Shown here: positions 48,921-57,630 of the stretch, in pieces
Position numbering within the stretch: the stretch's first letter is position 1
Layout: each line of letters begins with the position of its first letter
NCBI GenBank assembly: GCA_900772845.1
Contig: CAAGSD010000064.1
Location: 969 to 64,968 of the forward strand
Length of the DNA stretch: 64,000 bases
Origin: Lachnospiraceae bacterium
GTDB lineage: Bacteria; Bacillota; Clostridia; Lachnospirales; Lachnospiraceae
Direction of reading: 5' to 3'
Program-made: the position numbers and the translations under genes
Notes under the pieces: generated by a model
Databases searched by the model: none
Seen by the model: the letters and a program-made list of their open reading frames with translations, nothing else
Told to the model about the DNA's origin: nothing

Positions 48921-49880
48921 TTACTTATTATCCGGCAGAAAACCCGGGATCTTTTCTGCGATCTCCCGAATCCCGAACAGATATCCGATGCCTTTCTCCA
49001 GTTGTCCTTCGGACGCATTGAGCAGTGTTGCGGTCAGATGCAGCTTATGCTCTCCGTATTCCAGATCACACGTATACTCGTCGTTGTCGTTTTCCATGGT
49101 CGCCCTGTCCTTCGCTTCTATTTCAGCTTCTATTTCAGCTTCTTTATCCCACATGATCTGTGCATTGGTATCATAAGGCACCTCTCCTTCGATTTCAATA
49201 TAGGTTTCGGAATTATAATCATGCAGATAGGACTGCATATAATCGGTGATAAAATAATAAGGGGCATCCGCACCGATATCATCCCAGGTGACCGGTTCTG
49301 TCTCATCTTCCAGCACAACCTTCATAGCATAGAGTGTTCCGGTCTCGGAATCCACGACACACTCTATACTGACTCCCGTAACCTCCTCTTCCTTCATGCG
49401 CATACAGATGTCATAGGCCATGATCGCAACTCCATCCGACAGCTTTTCATCATACAAAATATATCGTTTGATGGAAATGTTATCTGTATCCATATTTTTG
49501 AAAAAATAATCCTCCGGGATCACGCCCATATCCTGAAAAGTGTAATTCCATTCCGTATTTAAAATATATTCATCTATCAGACTATATATTTCACCATCCG
49601 TTTCAGCTTCATAATCCTGTTCAGAGATATAGTACTGTTTTCCCGCAGCGATACCGTCTGCCAGATTTTGAAGTCTGCGAACGGTGTCTGTCTCATACTC
49701 TTCCTTCCAGACGGTATAATCTGTTCCTGTATTCGATATGCTGACTGACTTGGTCAGCCTGCTTTTATCCTGCAATTGTAATAATACTTCCGGTCCTGCG
49801 AACGCAAAGAAGATCAACACGAGCAGTCCACCCATACATAGCAGGAAATTCCGCCGGTTCTTATTCTCCTGTTTTTTCAT
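48921..49880 (-). CDS. hypothetical N-terminally membrane-anchored, highly acidic protein co-transcribed with two-component system
   Basis: TM anchor (FLLCMGGLLVLIFFAFA), extracytoplasmic acidic domain, internal EAEIEAEIEA repeat; 4-bp overlap with kinase gene stop. Confidence 0.5.
   Translation of the reverse strand: MKKQENKNRRNFLLCMGGLLVLIFFAFAGPEVLLQLQDKSRLTKSVSISNTGTDYTVWKEEYETDTVRRLQNLADGIAAGKQYYISEQDYEAETDGEIYSLIDEYILNTEWNYTFQDMGVIPEDYFFKNMDTDNISIKRYILYDEKLSDGVAIMAYDICMRMKEEEVTGVSIECVVDSETGTLYAMKVVLEDETEPVTWDDIGADAPYYFITDYMQSYLHDYNSETYIEIEGEVPYDTNAQIMWDKEAEIEAEIEAKDRATMENDNDEYTCDLEYGEHKLHLTATLLNASEGQLEKGIGYLFGIREIAEKIPGFLPDNK
49114..49149. repeat. 12-bp tandem repeat (GCTTCTATTTCA x2.7) inside hypothetical gene, encoding EIEAEIEAEIEA
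   Basis: seen directly in sequence. Confidence 0.8.
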
Positions 49881-51355
49881 ATTACGCCTTTTGCTCCCCT
49901 GTTGCTTTTATTATTTACAGCCTGCATTTCCCCGGGAAAATATAACCGCATTACCGTGCCTTCTCCAAGCTTGCTGTCAATCTTCAGTTCCCCCTGATGC
50001 AGGGTGATGATCTTCTGACAGAGAGCCATTCCAATACCTGCTCCGCCCTCCTTGCGGGATCTGGACTTATCCACCATATAAAAAGCCTCCGTGATCCTCG
50101 CAATCTCTTCCTGCGGGATCCCCCTGCCGTTATCCACGACCTTGATCTCATAGCCCTGTGTGCGCTTACTTCCCTTCATCAGGATAAATCCGCCTTCTTC
50201 CACGGCCTTTACGGCATTATCCAGCAGATTATATAACAGTGACAAAAGCAGATCCCTGTCACCCAGGATCACCCCTCTTTCCAGATCGATCTTTCCCCGG
50301 ATCCCTTTACGTTCAAAGGGGATCCGCATCGTATCCCGGATATTTTCCTCCAGTTCTTTCGTCTGAATCTTCTTGAATTCTAATTCCTGTCTGTCCATTC
50401 CCACCAGCTCCAGCAATTTGTGAGACAGGCTTTCCAGACGTTTTCCCTGACTGAAAATATAATAGGTGGCTTCGCCCCGCTCCTGCTCTGTCAGTTCATA
50501 GGAGTTCAGCATATCCGCATATCCGATGATGGAAGTCAGCGGTGTCTTGAGTTCATGGGCAAACGCTGCTGTAAAATCCTCCTTCTGTTTTGCTTCCAGC
50601 TCTTTTTCCTCCATCTGGCGTACCAGTCTGTCCGTCATCCGGTTAAAGCTCCGGGACAATTCTCCAATCTCGTCTGTGCCCTGATAGACAGCCCTCTTCT
50701 CAAAATCCCCTCCTGCAATCCTTCCTGCAGTGCGGTTTAACTGCTCTATGGGGTAGGTCAGATATCTGGACAGCAAAAAAGCTGCCAGACCACCGATCAC
50801 CAGCAGACCTGCCAGAGCAATACCATATTGCCGCATCATATTACTCCGCTCTTCATAAATGCCGCTCAGGTCCTTCAGGATCCCAAGATATACCGTATCT
50901 GCCGAATCCGTCGGCTGATCTGCGATGATGCTGAGCAGGTAATAACTCGTTTCCACCTTGCGGACACCGTAGACCTGATCTGCACCGGGGTCAAAAGTCC
51001 GGATCATTTCTTCTGCAAGGCTCCTGATCTCATCCTGCGGCAGCTTCAGACTGCCCTCCAGAGTGATCGTGCCATCCGTTTCAAGGATCATACATTCCGT
51101 ACCGCTTTGATCCGTCATCCGTTCTGTCGCGGAATTTCCCGCTTGTATCCCCGCAAATTCCGCTCCGTATTTTTCCATGTTCTGATACACCATATCATAA
51201 ATGGTCTGAAAGAGAAGATTCTCACGTTTTCCCTGCTCCGTCTCTCTTTCTAACATACGGTTAAAATAGGAAAACAACATAAAGCTTCCAAACAGCATGA
51301 AGGCTGCCGTAAGGAGTGCTGTGATGGAGAAAAATAATTTATGCGTGAACTTCAT
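49877..51355 (-). CDS. sensor histidine kinase (2 TM, HAMP, HisKA, HATPase_c)
   Basis: H-box AHELKTPLTSI, N/G boxes (DNGRGIP, GGAGIGMAL). Confidence 0.9.
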   Translation of the reverse strand: MKFTHKLFFSITALLTAAFMLFGSFMLFSYFNRMLERETEQGKRENLLFQTIYDMVYQNMEKYGAEFAGIQAGNSATERMTDQSGTECMILETDGTITLEGSLKLPQDEIRSLAEEMIRTFDPGADQVYGVRKVETSYYLLSIIADQPTDSADTVYLGILKDLSGIYEERSNMMRQYGIALAGLLVIGGLAAFLLSRYLTYPIEQLNRTAGRIAGGDFEKRAVYQGTDEIGELSRSFNRMTDRLVRQMEEKELEAKQKEDFTAAFAHELKTPLTSIIGYADMLNSYELTEQERGEATYYIFSQGKRLESLSHKLLELVGMDRQELEFKKIQTKELEENIRDTMRIPFERKGIRGKIDLERGVILGDRDLLLSLLYNLLDNAVKAVEEGGFILMKGSKRTQGYEIKVVDNGRGIPQEEIARITEAFYMVDKSRSRKEGGAGIGMALCQKIITLHQGELKIDSKLGEGTVMRLYFPGEMQAVNNKSNRGAKGVI

Positions 51356-52001
51356 TCAAACGATACCCCACTTTATATACCGCTATAATAATATTTTCCC
51401 AATGTAGCTTTTTCTTCAGCCGCTGCACATGCAGATCCACGGTCCGGCTCTGCCCCATATATTCGCCACCCCATACAGTCTCATATATGGTTTCCCGGTA
51501 CAACGCCCTGTTTTTATTCCTGGCAAATAATAACAGCAGATCGAATTCCTTCGGTGTCAGATAGATTTCCTCCCCGTCCAGCGTCACTCTGTGGGATGCT
51601 GTGTCAATGGTGACATTGCAGACTGAAATAACCGTCTCCGTCTTATGATATCTGCGCAACACCGCCTCCACTCTGGCAAGCAGTTCTACGATCTCAAATG
51701 GCTTGGGCAGATAATCATCCGCCCCCATTCGGAGTCCTTTCACCTTATGCTCTGTCGATCCCAGTGCCGTCAGGAAGATCACCGGGATCTCGCAAGCTTT
51801 TGCGTAATCCATCAGCTCATAGCCGTTGATCCCCGGCAGCATGATATCTAACAGTGCGAGATCAAATTTCTCCCGTTCCATAAGATCTGCCGCACTTTTC
51901 CCATCCGGCGCCCAGGTACAAAAATACCCTGCCCTTGTCAGATTTATCCGGATCAGATTAGCAATCGGCTCTTCATCTTCCGCAATTAATATTCTAAACA
52001 T
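51339..52001 (-). CDS. OmpR-family response regulator (REC + winged-helix)
   Basis: REC motifs (ILIAEDEE, DLALLDIMLPG), C-terminal trans_reg_C; start ATG 52001 (ORF extends to 52028). Confidence 0.9.
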   Translation of the reverse strand: MFRILIAEDEEPIANLIRINLTRAGYFCTWAPDGKSAADLMEREKFDLALLDIMLPGINGYELMDYAKACEIPVIFLTALGSTEHKVKGLRMGADDYLPKPFEIVELLARVEAVLRRYHKTETVISVCNVTIDTASHRVTLDGEEIYLTPKEFDLLLLFARNKNRALYRETIYETVWGGEYMGQSRTVDLHVQRLKKKLHWENIIIAVYKVGYRLNEVHA

Positions 52002-52181
52002 TTCCCTGTCCCTCAATGTGTTTTTCATTATTTCTCACATTATAACACGTTTTCTCCGTACATCGTACTCCCAAAATCCTAACAGACATTTGTATCCAAA
52101 TTGTATCTGCTTATTTTATTCTGCACTCTTTTTTCCTCCCTTCATACCATAATAACAAATGAATTTTCAGAAAGGATCGCT

Positions 52182-52352
52182 ATGAAAGACTATTCTTTTG
52201 AGGAACGTTTTGAAAAATATCCTCTTGCCATGGCTTATGTTCCCTGGCAGCATTTTTCCAAAATATGCGAAAATCTGGAAAAAGGCTACCAGGACGGCAC
52301 TATTTTTCCAGAACTGAATAAACCATTTACAGGAAGGAGATGTGTAAAATGA
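52182..52352 (+). CDS. cotJA: spore coat-associated protein CotJA
   Basis: AMAYVPWQ and TIFPELNKPF motifs; AAAGGA RBS before ATG 52182 (ORF starts 52101). Confidence 0.8.
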   Translation: MKDYSFEERFEKYPLAMAYVPWQHFSKICENLEKGYQDGTIFPELNKPFTGRRCVK

Positions 52353-52603
52353 ACAGCGAAACAAAAATGCTGCATGATATCGGCATTGTAGACTTTGTAC
52401 TGACAGATCTGATGCTGTATCTGGATACTCATCCCACAGATCAGAATGCCATGGAATATTTTAATCACTATGCAAGAATCAAGGCACAGATGGAGCGAGA
52501 ATTCTCCAGAGAATATTATCCGCTGCGAAAAGATCTTGCAGAAAGCAACAGAGAATGGCGCTGGGGCAAGGCTCCCCTGCCATGGCAAGGAGGATGTAAC
52601 TGA
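52340..52603 (+). CDS. cotJB: spore coat protein CotJB
   Basis: conserved CotJB core (FVLTDLMLYLDTHP...), overlaps cotJA and cotJC ends. Confidence 0.85.
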   Translation: MCKMNSETKMLHDIGIVDFVLTDLMLYLDTHPTDQNAMEYFNHYARIKAQMEREFSREYYPLRKDLAESNREWRWGKAPLPWQGGCN

Positions 52604-53226
52604 TGTGGAGTTATGAAAAAAGATTACAATTCCCGGTAAATATCAAGGAACCCAATGCCAAACTGGCTCAGGTCATTATCTCCCAGTACGGCGGCCCGGA
52701 CGGGGAAATGGGTGCCAGCATGCGCTACCTGTCCCAGCGGTATTCCATGCCCTTTAAGGAAGTGGCTGGACTGTTAACAGATATCGGCACAGAAGAGCTG
52801 GCTCACCTCGAGATGGTAGCCACCATCGTTCATCAGCTGACCCGGGACCTCTCCATGGAGGAAATCGAAAAAAGCGGTTTTGCCAATTATTACGTAGACC
52901 ATACCATCGGAGTCTGGCCCCAGGCAGCAGGCGGTGTCCCTTTCAATGCCTGTGAATTCCAGGTCAAAGGAGATATCCTCACCGATCTGCATGAAGATAT
53001 GGCAGCAGAGCAGAAAGCCCGTTCCACCTACGACAATATCCTGCGCCTGATCAAGGATCCGGATGTCTGCGAGCCCATCAAGTTCCTGCGTGCCCGTGAA
53101 ATCGTCCATTACCAGCGTTTCGGCGAAGCCCTGCGTATCGCTCAGGATCATCTGAATTCCAAGAACTTCTATGCGTTCAATCCCGGATTTGACCGCTGTG
53201 ATTCCTGTGATTCCTGTGGCAGCTAA
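52603..53226 (+). CDS. cotJC: spore coat protein CotJC (manganese catalase family) with C-terminal CDSCDSCGS tail
   Basis: ferritin-like/Mn-catalase motifs (EELAHLE, metal-binding E/H pattern). Confidence 0.9.
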   Translation: MWSYEKRLQFPVNIKEPNAKLAQVIISQYGGPDGEMGASMRYLSQRYSMPFKEVAGLLTDIGTEELAHLEMVATIVHQLTRDLSMEEIEKSGFANYYVDHTIGVWPQAAGGVPFNACEFQVKGDILTDLHEDMAAEQKARSTYDNILRLIKDPDVCEPIKFLRAREIVHYQRFGEALRIAQDHLNSKNFYAFNPGFDRCDSCDSCGS

Positions 53227-53230
53227 ACAG

Positions 53231-53268
53231 AAAAAGTGATGCGGTATCTGCCGCATCACTTTTTCTTA
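53231..53268. terminator. bidirectional rho-independent terminator between cotJC and thrC (AGTGATGCGG/CCGCATCACT with flanking A- and T-runs)
   Basis: perfect 10-bp stem. Confidence 0.85.
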
Positions 53269-53285
53269 TACGCTTTCCTCTCCTG

Positions 53286-54773
53286 TCAGATTCCCAGGAA
53301 ATCCTTTACTGTATCTTTCATTTTATCAACATCGCACTGGGTATTGTGAAGCACCGGTGCAGTGCGGATCTCTTCGATGGCATTGGGAACTTTTACTTTT
53401 GCGATCTTAGACAGTTCATCCACCAGCTCAAAATCACCCATTGCATCATATTTAGTATCAATGGCATCCATGACACTTCTGGTGAACTTAAAGGGACTTG
53501 CTGTGGAAGCGATCACAGTAGTCTTATGATCCCCTGTTTCTGCCACATATTTGCCGTATACGGCAGACGCTACTGCTGTGTGGGTATCGATCACATAGCC
53601 GCACTTTTCATACAGGCGGCGGATCTCGGCTGCAGTTTCCGCCTCACTTGCAAAGTTGCCGTAGAAATCAGCCAGCTGTGCCTTCATCTCATCTGTGATC
53701 TCATATCTGCCATCACCGGTCAGTGCGCTCATCAGCGCACGGTTCTTGTCCGCATCATTGCCTGCAATACGATAGATCAGACGTTCCAGATTGCTGGAGA
53801 TCAGAATATCCATGGAAGGAGAAGTGGTCAGTACGAATTCTCTGTTACGGTCATAGGTACCGGTACGGAAGAAATCATACAATACCTTATTATCATTGGA
53901 AGCACAAATCAGTTTATCAATAGGCAGTCCCATATTCTTCGCATAAAATGCTGCCAGAATATTACCGAAGTTACCGGTAGGAACCACGACATTGATCTTC
54001 TCACCCTCTGTGATCTTACCGTCCTTTAATAACTGTGCATACGCATAGACATAATAACAGATCTGAGGTACCAGACGTCCGATATTAATGGAGTTCGCAG
54101 AGGAGAACTGGAAGCCCTTCTCATCCATCTCTTTTGCCAGTTCCTTGTCGGAGAAGATCTTCTTCACACCGGTCTGGGCATCATCGAAATTACCGTGAAT
54201 GCCTACTACAAAGGTATTTGCACCCTTCTGGGTCACCATCTGCTTCTCCTGGATGGGACTGACACCGTTCTTAGGATAAAATACGATGATACGGGTACCT
54301 TTGACATCCGCAAAGCCTGCCAGTGCTGCCTTACCGGTATCACCGGAGGTTGCGGTCAGGATCACGATCTCATTCTTAATATTATTTTTCCGGGCGGAAG
54401 TGATCATCAGGTGAGGTAAAATGGAAAGTGCCATATCCTTGAATGCAATGGTAGAACCATGGAACAATTCCAGATAATAGGCATCATCCGCCTGTACCAG
54501 AGGAGCTATTTTTTCGGTATCAAACTTGGCATCATAAGCATTGTTGATACAGTTCTTAAGCTCTTCCTCTGTAAAATCTGTCAGAAATAATTTCATGACT
54601 TCATAAGCTACCTGCTGATAACTCATTTCTGCCAGTTCTGCAAGACTCTTGTCAAGCGCCGGAATATGATCCGGCACGAACAGTCCTCCGTCATCAGATA
54701 ATCCTTTCAGAATTGCCTGCGATGCGGTTACCGGTTCGCTGTTGCTGCGTGTACTGCGATAAATTACTTCCAT
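53286..54773 (-). CDS. thrC: threonine synthase (long-form)
   Basis: N-terminal Thr_synth_N, PLP-lysine region FHGSTIAFKDMAL. Confidence 0.9.
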   Translation of the reverse strand: MEVIYRSTRSNSEPVTASQAILKGLSDDGGLFVPDHIPALDKSLAELAEMSYQQVAYEVMKLFLTDFTEEELKNCINNAYDAKFDTEKIAPLVQADDAYYLELFHGSTIAFKDMALSILPHLMITSARKNNIKNEIVILTATSGDTGKAALAGFADVKGTRIIVFYPKNGVSPIQEKQMVTQKGANTFVVGIHGNFDDAQTGVKKIFSDKELAKEMDEKGFQFSSANSINIGRLVPQICYYVYAYAQLLKDGKITEGEKINVVVPTGNFGNILAAFYAKNMGLPIDKLICASNDNKVLYDFFRTGTYDRNREFVLTTSPSMDILISSNLERLIYRIAGNDADKNRALMSALTGDGRYEITDEMKAQLADFYGNFASEAETAAEIRRLYEKCGYVIDTHTAVASAVYGKYVAETGDHKTTVIASTASPFKFTRSVMDAIDTKYDAMGDFELVDELSKIAKVKVPNAIEEIRTAPVLHNTQCDVDKMKDTVKDFLGI

Positions 54774-54842
54774 TTCCTCTCCTCCGTGTCTATGTACAGG
54801 AATATACGCCGGGATTCCTCCAACGCTTATCCATATTTCCTT

Positions 54843-54879
54843 GTAACTATTCAGAACCCCATTGGCTTGGAATAGTTAC
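54843..54879. promoter_or_regulatory. perfect 10-bp hairpin (GTAACTATTC/GAATAGTTAC, 17-nt loop) in thrC upstream / SleB-like downstream region
   Basis: seen in sequence; no adjacent U-tract on either strand; a weaker A-rich/U-rich hairpin at 54887-54903 may terminate the SleB-like gene. Confidence 0.35.
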
Positions 54880-54923
54880 GTTTCAAAAAGTATAGCATAC
54901 TTTAAATACTGTTGCAAGGTGAA

Positions 54924-55571
54924 TCATTGAAGTGTACTTCCATCCGAAAAAAATTCATGTCCTCCATGCCGGAACAATAATGTCAGCTTCTCGTCAAACC
55001 ATCTCATGCTTTCGCTGTCCGCATATTTTCTGGCAGCAAAATATAATGCCCCCTGGGAGATATCCTCCCCCGCCAGAGCTCGTCCGACAGCACTCACAGT
55101 CTCCTCACTGATCTGCACTTTATGATAACTGCCATCAGCGGTGGGCGAAAACTGTGACACCCCGTTTTCCCGCTGGAATACGATCTCCGGAATACTATCC
55201 GGAAATTTTTCGGAGTTCAGTCGGTTCAGGATCACATTTGCCACCAACAGCTTCCCCTCTTCGTCCTCACACCCCGCTTCCGCTTCCACGATCCGAAGCA
55301 GCACCTCCAGATCCTCCTGTTCCAGAAGATATTTACTGTTTCGCTGCAGCTCACTGCAATCCACCACTCTCTGCCCTGAGGAAGTCCGGGAGGCAATTCC
55401 CATCATCATGCTTTCCCTGTCCGCAAGCAGCCTTTCCTCCGTATGTACCTCCAGTACCGTCTGGTGCAGTTCCTGCCGGATTTCTTCCATCCGGCAAAGA
55501 CTCAACATTCCTGCCAGAAACAATAAATTCATCGTAAGTAATCCGCTTAGTGCCCGTTTATACATAATCAA
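54924..55571 (-). CDS. SleB/CwlJ-family cell wall hydrolase (Hydrolase_2 domain), membrane/secreted
   Basis: N-terminal hydrophobic segment, conserved Hydrolase_2 core (LLRIVEAEAG...ANVILNRL...FSP). Confidence 0.8.
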   Translation of the reverse strand: MIMYKRALSGLLTMNLLFLAGMLSLCRMEEIRQELHQTVLEVHTEERLLADRESMMMGIASRTSSGQRVVDCSELQRNSKYLLEQEDLEVLLRIVEAEAGCEDEEGKLLVANVILNRLNSEKFPDSIPEIVFQRENGVSQFSPTADGSYHKVQISEETVSAVGRALAGEDISQGALYFAARKYADSESMRWFDEKLTLLFRHGGHEFFSDGSTLQ

Positions 55572-55670
55572 CCCTTTCCTGTTCTCTCATTTTTGCTCTA
55601 ACTTCATTTTATGCAGCTCGTCCAAAAAATATATCTGTTGTTCCCCGGAGAAAAATGTTACTATAGAAAC

Positions 55671-56507
55671 ATGAGCAGACAGAACCTGGAAAAAGAACAA
55701 CTACAGAAAGGTGTTTTTCGTGCAAAAAAAAAGGACGGTACCGTTTATTACCGTGCTTCCCTGACTAAAAACGGAAAACATATCAGCCTTGGCAGCTACG
55801 CAGATGCCTTACAGGCGCACCATGCCTATGAGCAGGGACTTCTCCTGCTGTCCGACAATGCCCTGACGCTGCAGTCCTACGAAAAAGCTTCCCCATTATC
55901 CTTCGAGAAATGGGTCAGCCTCATCAATCTGCGGGATAACGGGCTCTACTTTGGCAATCCGATCTACCTGGGACAACAGCTCTTCTATTATTATCTATCT
56001 CCCCATCATGTATTAAAATTCGACATGGAAGATCTGTTCTATTATTCTTCCCATAAGATCATGCGCCGGGGAAACCATTATTTCGTAGCAGATTACGGCA
56101 TGCAGCAGACCCTGACCTCCCGCTACGGTATCAAAAGCTACGGTGTGCCCGGTGTAGACTATTGTTTTGTCAACGGAGACCCCACAGATTTTCGGAGAGA
56201 GAATCTGCAGATTTACAACATCTATCATGGTGTCCGGAAAACAGAAACAAAAAACGGACAGTACGTTTATACTGTCCGCATTCATATCCATGGTAATTAT
56301 ATTGTGGGGCGCTATGCCACTGATATCGAAGCAGCCATTGCCTACAACAAGGCCATCGATATTTTACGAAGCAAAGGTGTTACCAGTAATTTTACACCCA
56401 ACTATGTGGAGACCATCACTCCCCGCCGTTATGCCGAAATCTATTCTGCACTCGACATTGCACCGGGAATCTTGAATTATGAACCTATTTCTCCGAATAA
56501 TCAATAA
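55671..56507 (+). CDS. protein with two AP2-like DNA-binding domains, function unknown
   Basis: two segments matching AP2/integrase-N-terminal pattern: GVFRAKKKDGTVYYRASLTKNGKHISLGSYADALQAHHAYEQG and HGVRKTETKNGQYVYTVRIHIHGNYIVGRYATDIEAAIAYNKAIDIL; start ATG 55671. Confidence 0.55.
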   Translation: MSRQNLEKEQLQKGVFRAKKKDGTVYYRASLTKNGKHISLGSYADALQAHHAYEQGLLLLSDNALTLQSYEKASPLSFEKWVSLINLRDNGLYFGNPIYLGQQLFYYYLSPHHVLKFDMEDLFYYSSHKIMRRGNHYFVADYGMQQTLTSRYGIKSYGVPGVDYCFVNGDPTDFRRENLQIYNIYHGVRKTETKNGQYVYTVRIHIHGNYIVGRYATDIEAAIAYNKAIDILRSKGVTSNFTPNYVETITPRRYAEIYSALDIAPGILNYEPISPNNQ

Positions 56508-57606
56508 AACTGATATTCATATTGGCATAGCCTGCAATGCCGTCGATGGTGACATCATCGGCATATTGCCACATGGTGAAACGGTAAGGATAATCCGGCA
56601 CATCTTCCATTTGGGAAAGCCACACATCATAAGCCGATAATTTCGACAGATCGATTTCCTTGATGAGCCACTCCTTATCCCCATAGAGAATGGTCTTATA
56701 GCCTGCAGCTGCGATGGTATCCAGAAACGCCTTGGCGATTCTGGTCTTATCCGCTCTGCTGACAGTCTCGATCCTCGCCGTATCATTATCCACGAAGCTC
56801 ATATCAAATGCCACCGGATAAGTGATTTTGTAATCTTTGATATTCTCCAGGACCATATTGGCCTCTTCCACCGCTTCCTCTTCTGTGATAGCCTGTGAAC
56901 TGAAATACACACCAATCTGTAGTCCGGCATCCCCGGCTCTCTTCATATTATCCGCAAAATAATCATCCAATGCGATCTGTCCGCTGCCGTAGCCTCTGGC
57001 ACCGACCCGCAGCATCACATAATCGACCCCGGCTTTTTTCAGTTTCAAAAAGTCCACATAATCCTGATATTTAGAAATATCCACACCGACATAGGAAGTC
57101 AGTTTTCCATCCTGATAATATTTCATCAGATCGGACTGACACACCAGTTTGGTAAAATCATATTCGTGCTTGGGAAGATACGGGCTGATCAGCACCCACT
57201 CTTCCTTTCCGTCCCGGTTCACCACCAGGGTATGTTTTCCGTCGGTGGATGGATCCGCTTCCTCAGTTTCCTTTTTGGAATCCGTTTTGGATGGTTCCTC
57301 GGATGGCAGCGGTGTCGCTGTCGTCTCCGGATACAAGTCCCAGAAATCCAGATCCGAGGGAGTCAGCGTGCTTCCGGTAACCAGATCCTGCGTATCCGGA
57401 TATTGGTTTGTCTGATCATTTCCTGCCTGTTGTACATTCTCCGTCTGTGCAGCCGTATTGTTCTGTTGGTGAGAGGCAGGCTGTCTGTTCATGATCAGTA
57501 CCACCGTAAGGATCACTGCCACAAATATCGTAACAGCAACGATAGCACTGATCACCGTAGGTGTCAGCCCTCCCCCGCGATCTTCATAATCGTCCGGAAG
57601 ACGCAT
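56485..57606 (-). CDS. GH25-family lysozyme/muramidase with N-terminal TM anchor and Thr/Gln/Pro-rich linker
   Basis: GVDISKYQ and conserved GH25 barrel residues (DYVMLRVG, FMWQYAD-like MWQYADD); 3' end overlaps AP2 gene by 23 bp (convergent). Confidence 0.8.
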   Translation of the reverse strand: MRLPDDYEDRGGGLTPTVISAIVAVTIFVAVILTVVLIMNRQPASHQQNNTAAQTENVQQAGNDQTNQYPDTQDLVTGSTLTPSDLDFWDLYPETTATPLPSEEPSKTDSKKETEEADPSTDGKHTLVVNRDGKEEWVLISPYLPKHEYDFTKLVCQSDLMKYYQDGKLTSYVGVDISKYQDYVDFLKLKKAGVDYVMLRVGARGYGSGQIALDDYFADNMKRAGDAGLQIGVYFSSQAITEEEAVEEANMVLENIKDYKITYPVAFDMSFVDNDTARIETVSRADKTRIAKAFLDTIAAAGYKTILYGDKEWLIKEIDLSKLSAYDVWLSQMEDVPDYPYRFTMWQYADDVTIDGIAGYANMNISFIDYSEK

Positions 57607-57630
57607 TTCTTTTCTCCTCTTGTACTTTCT

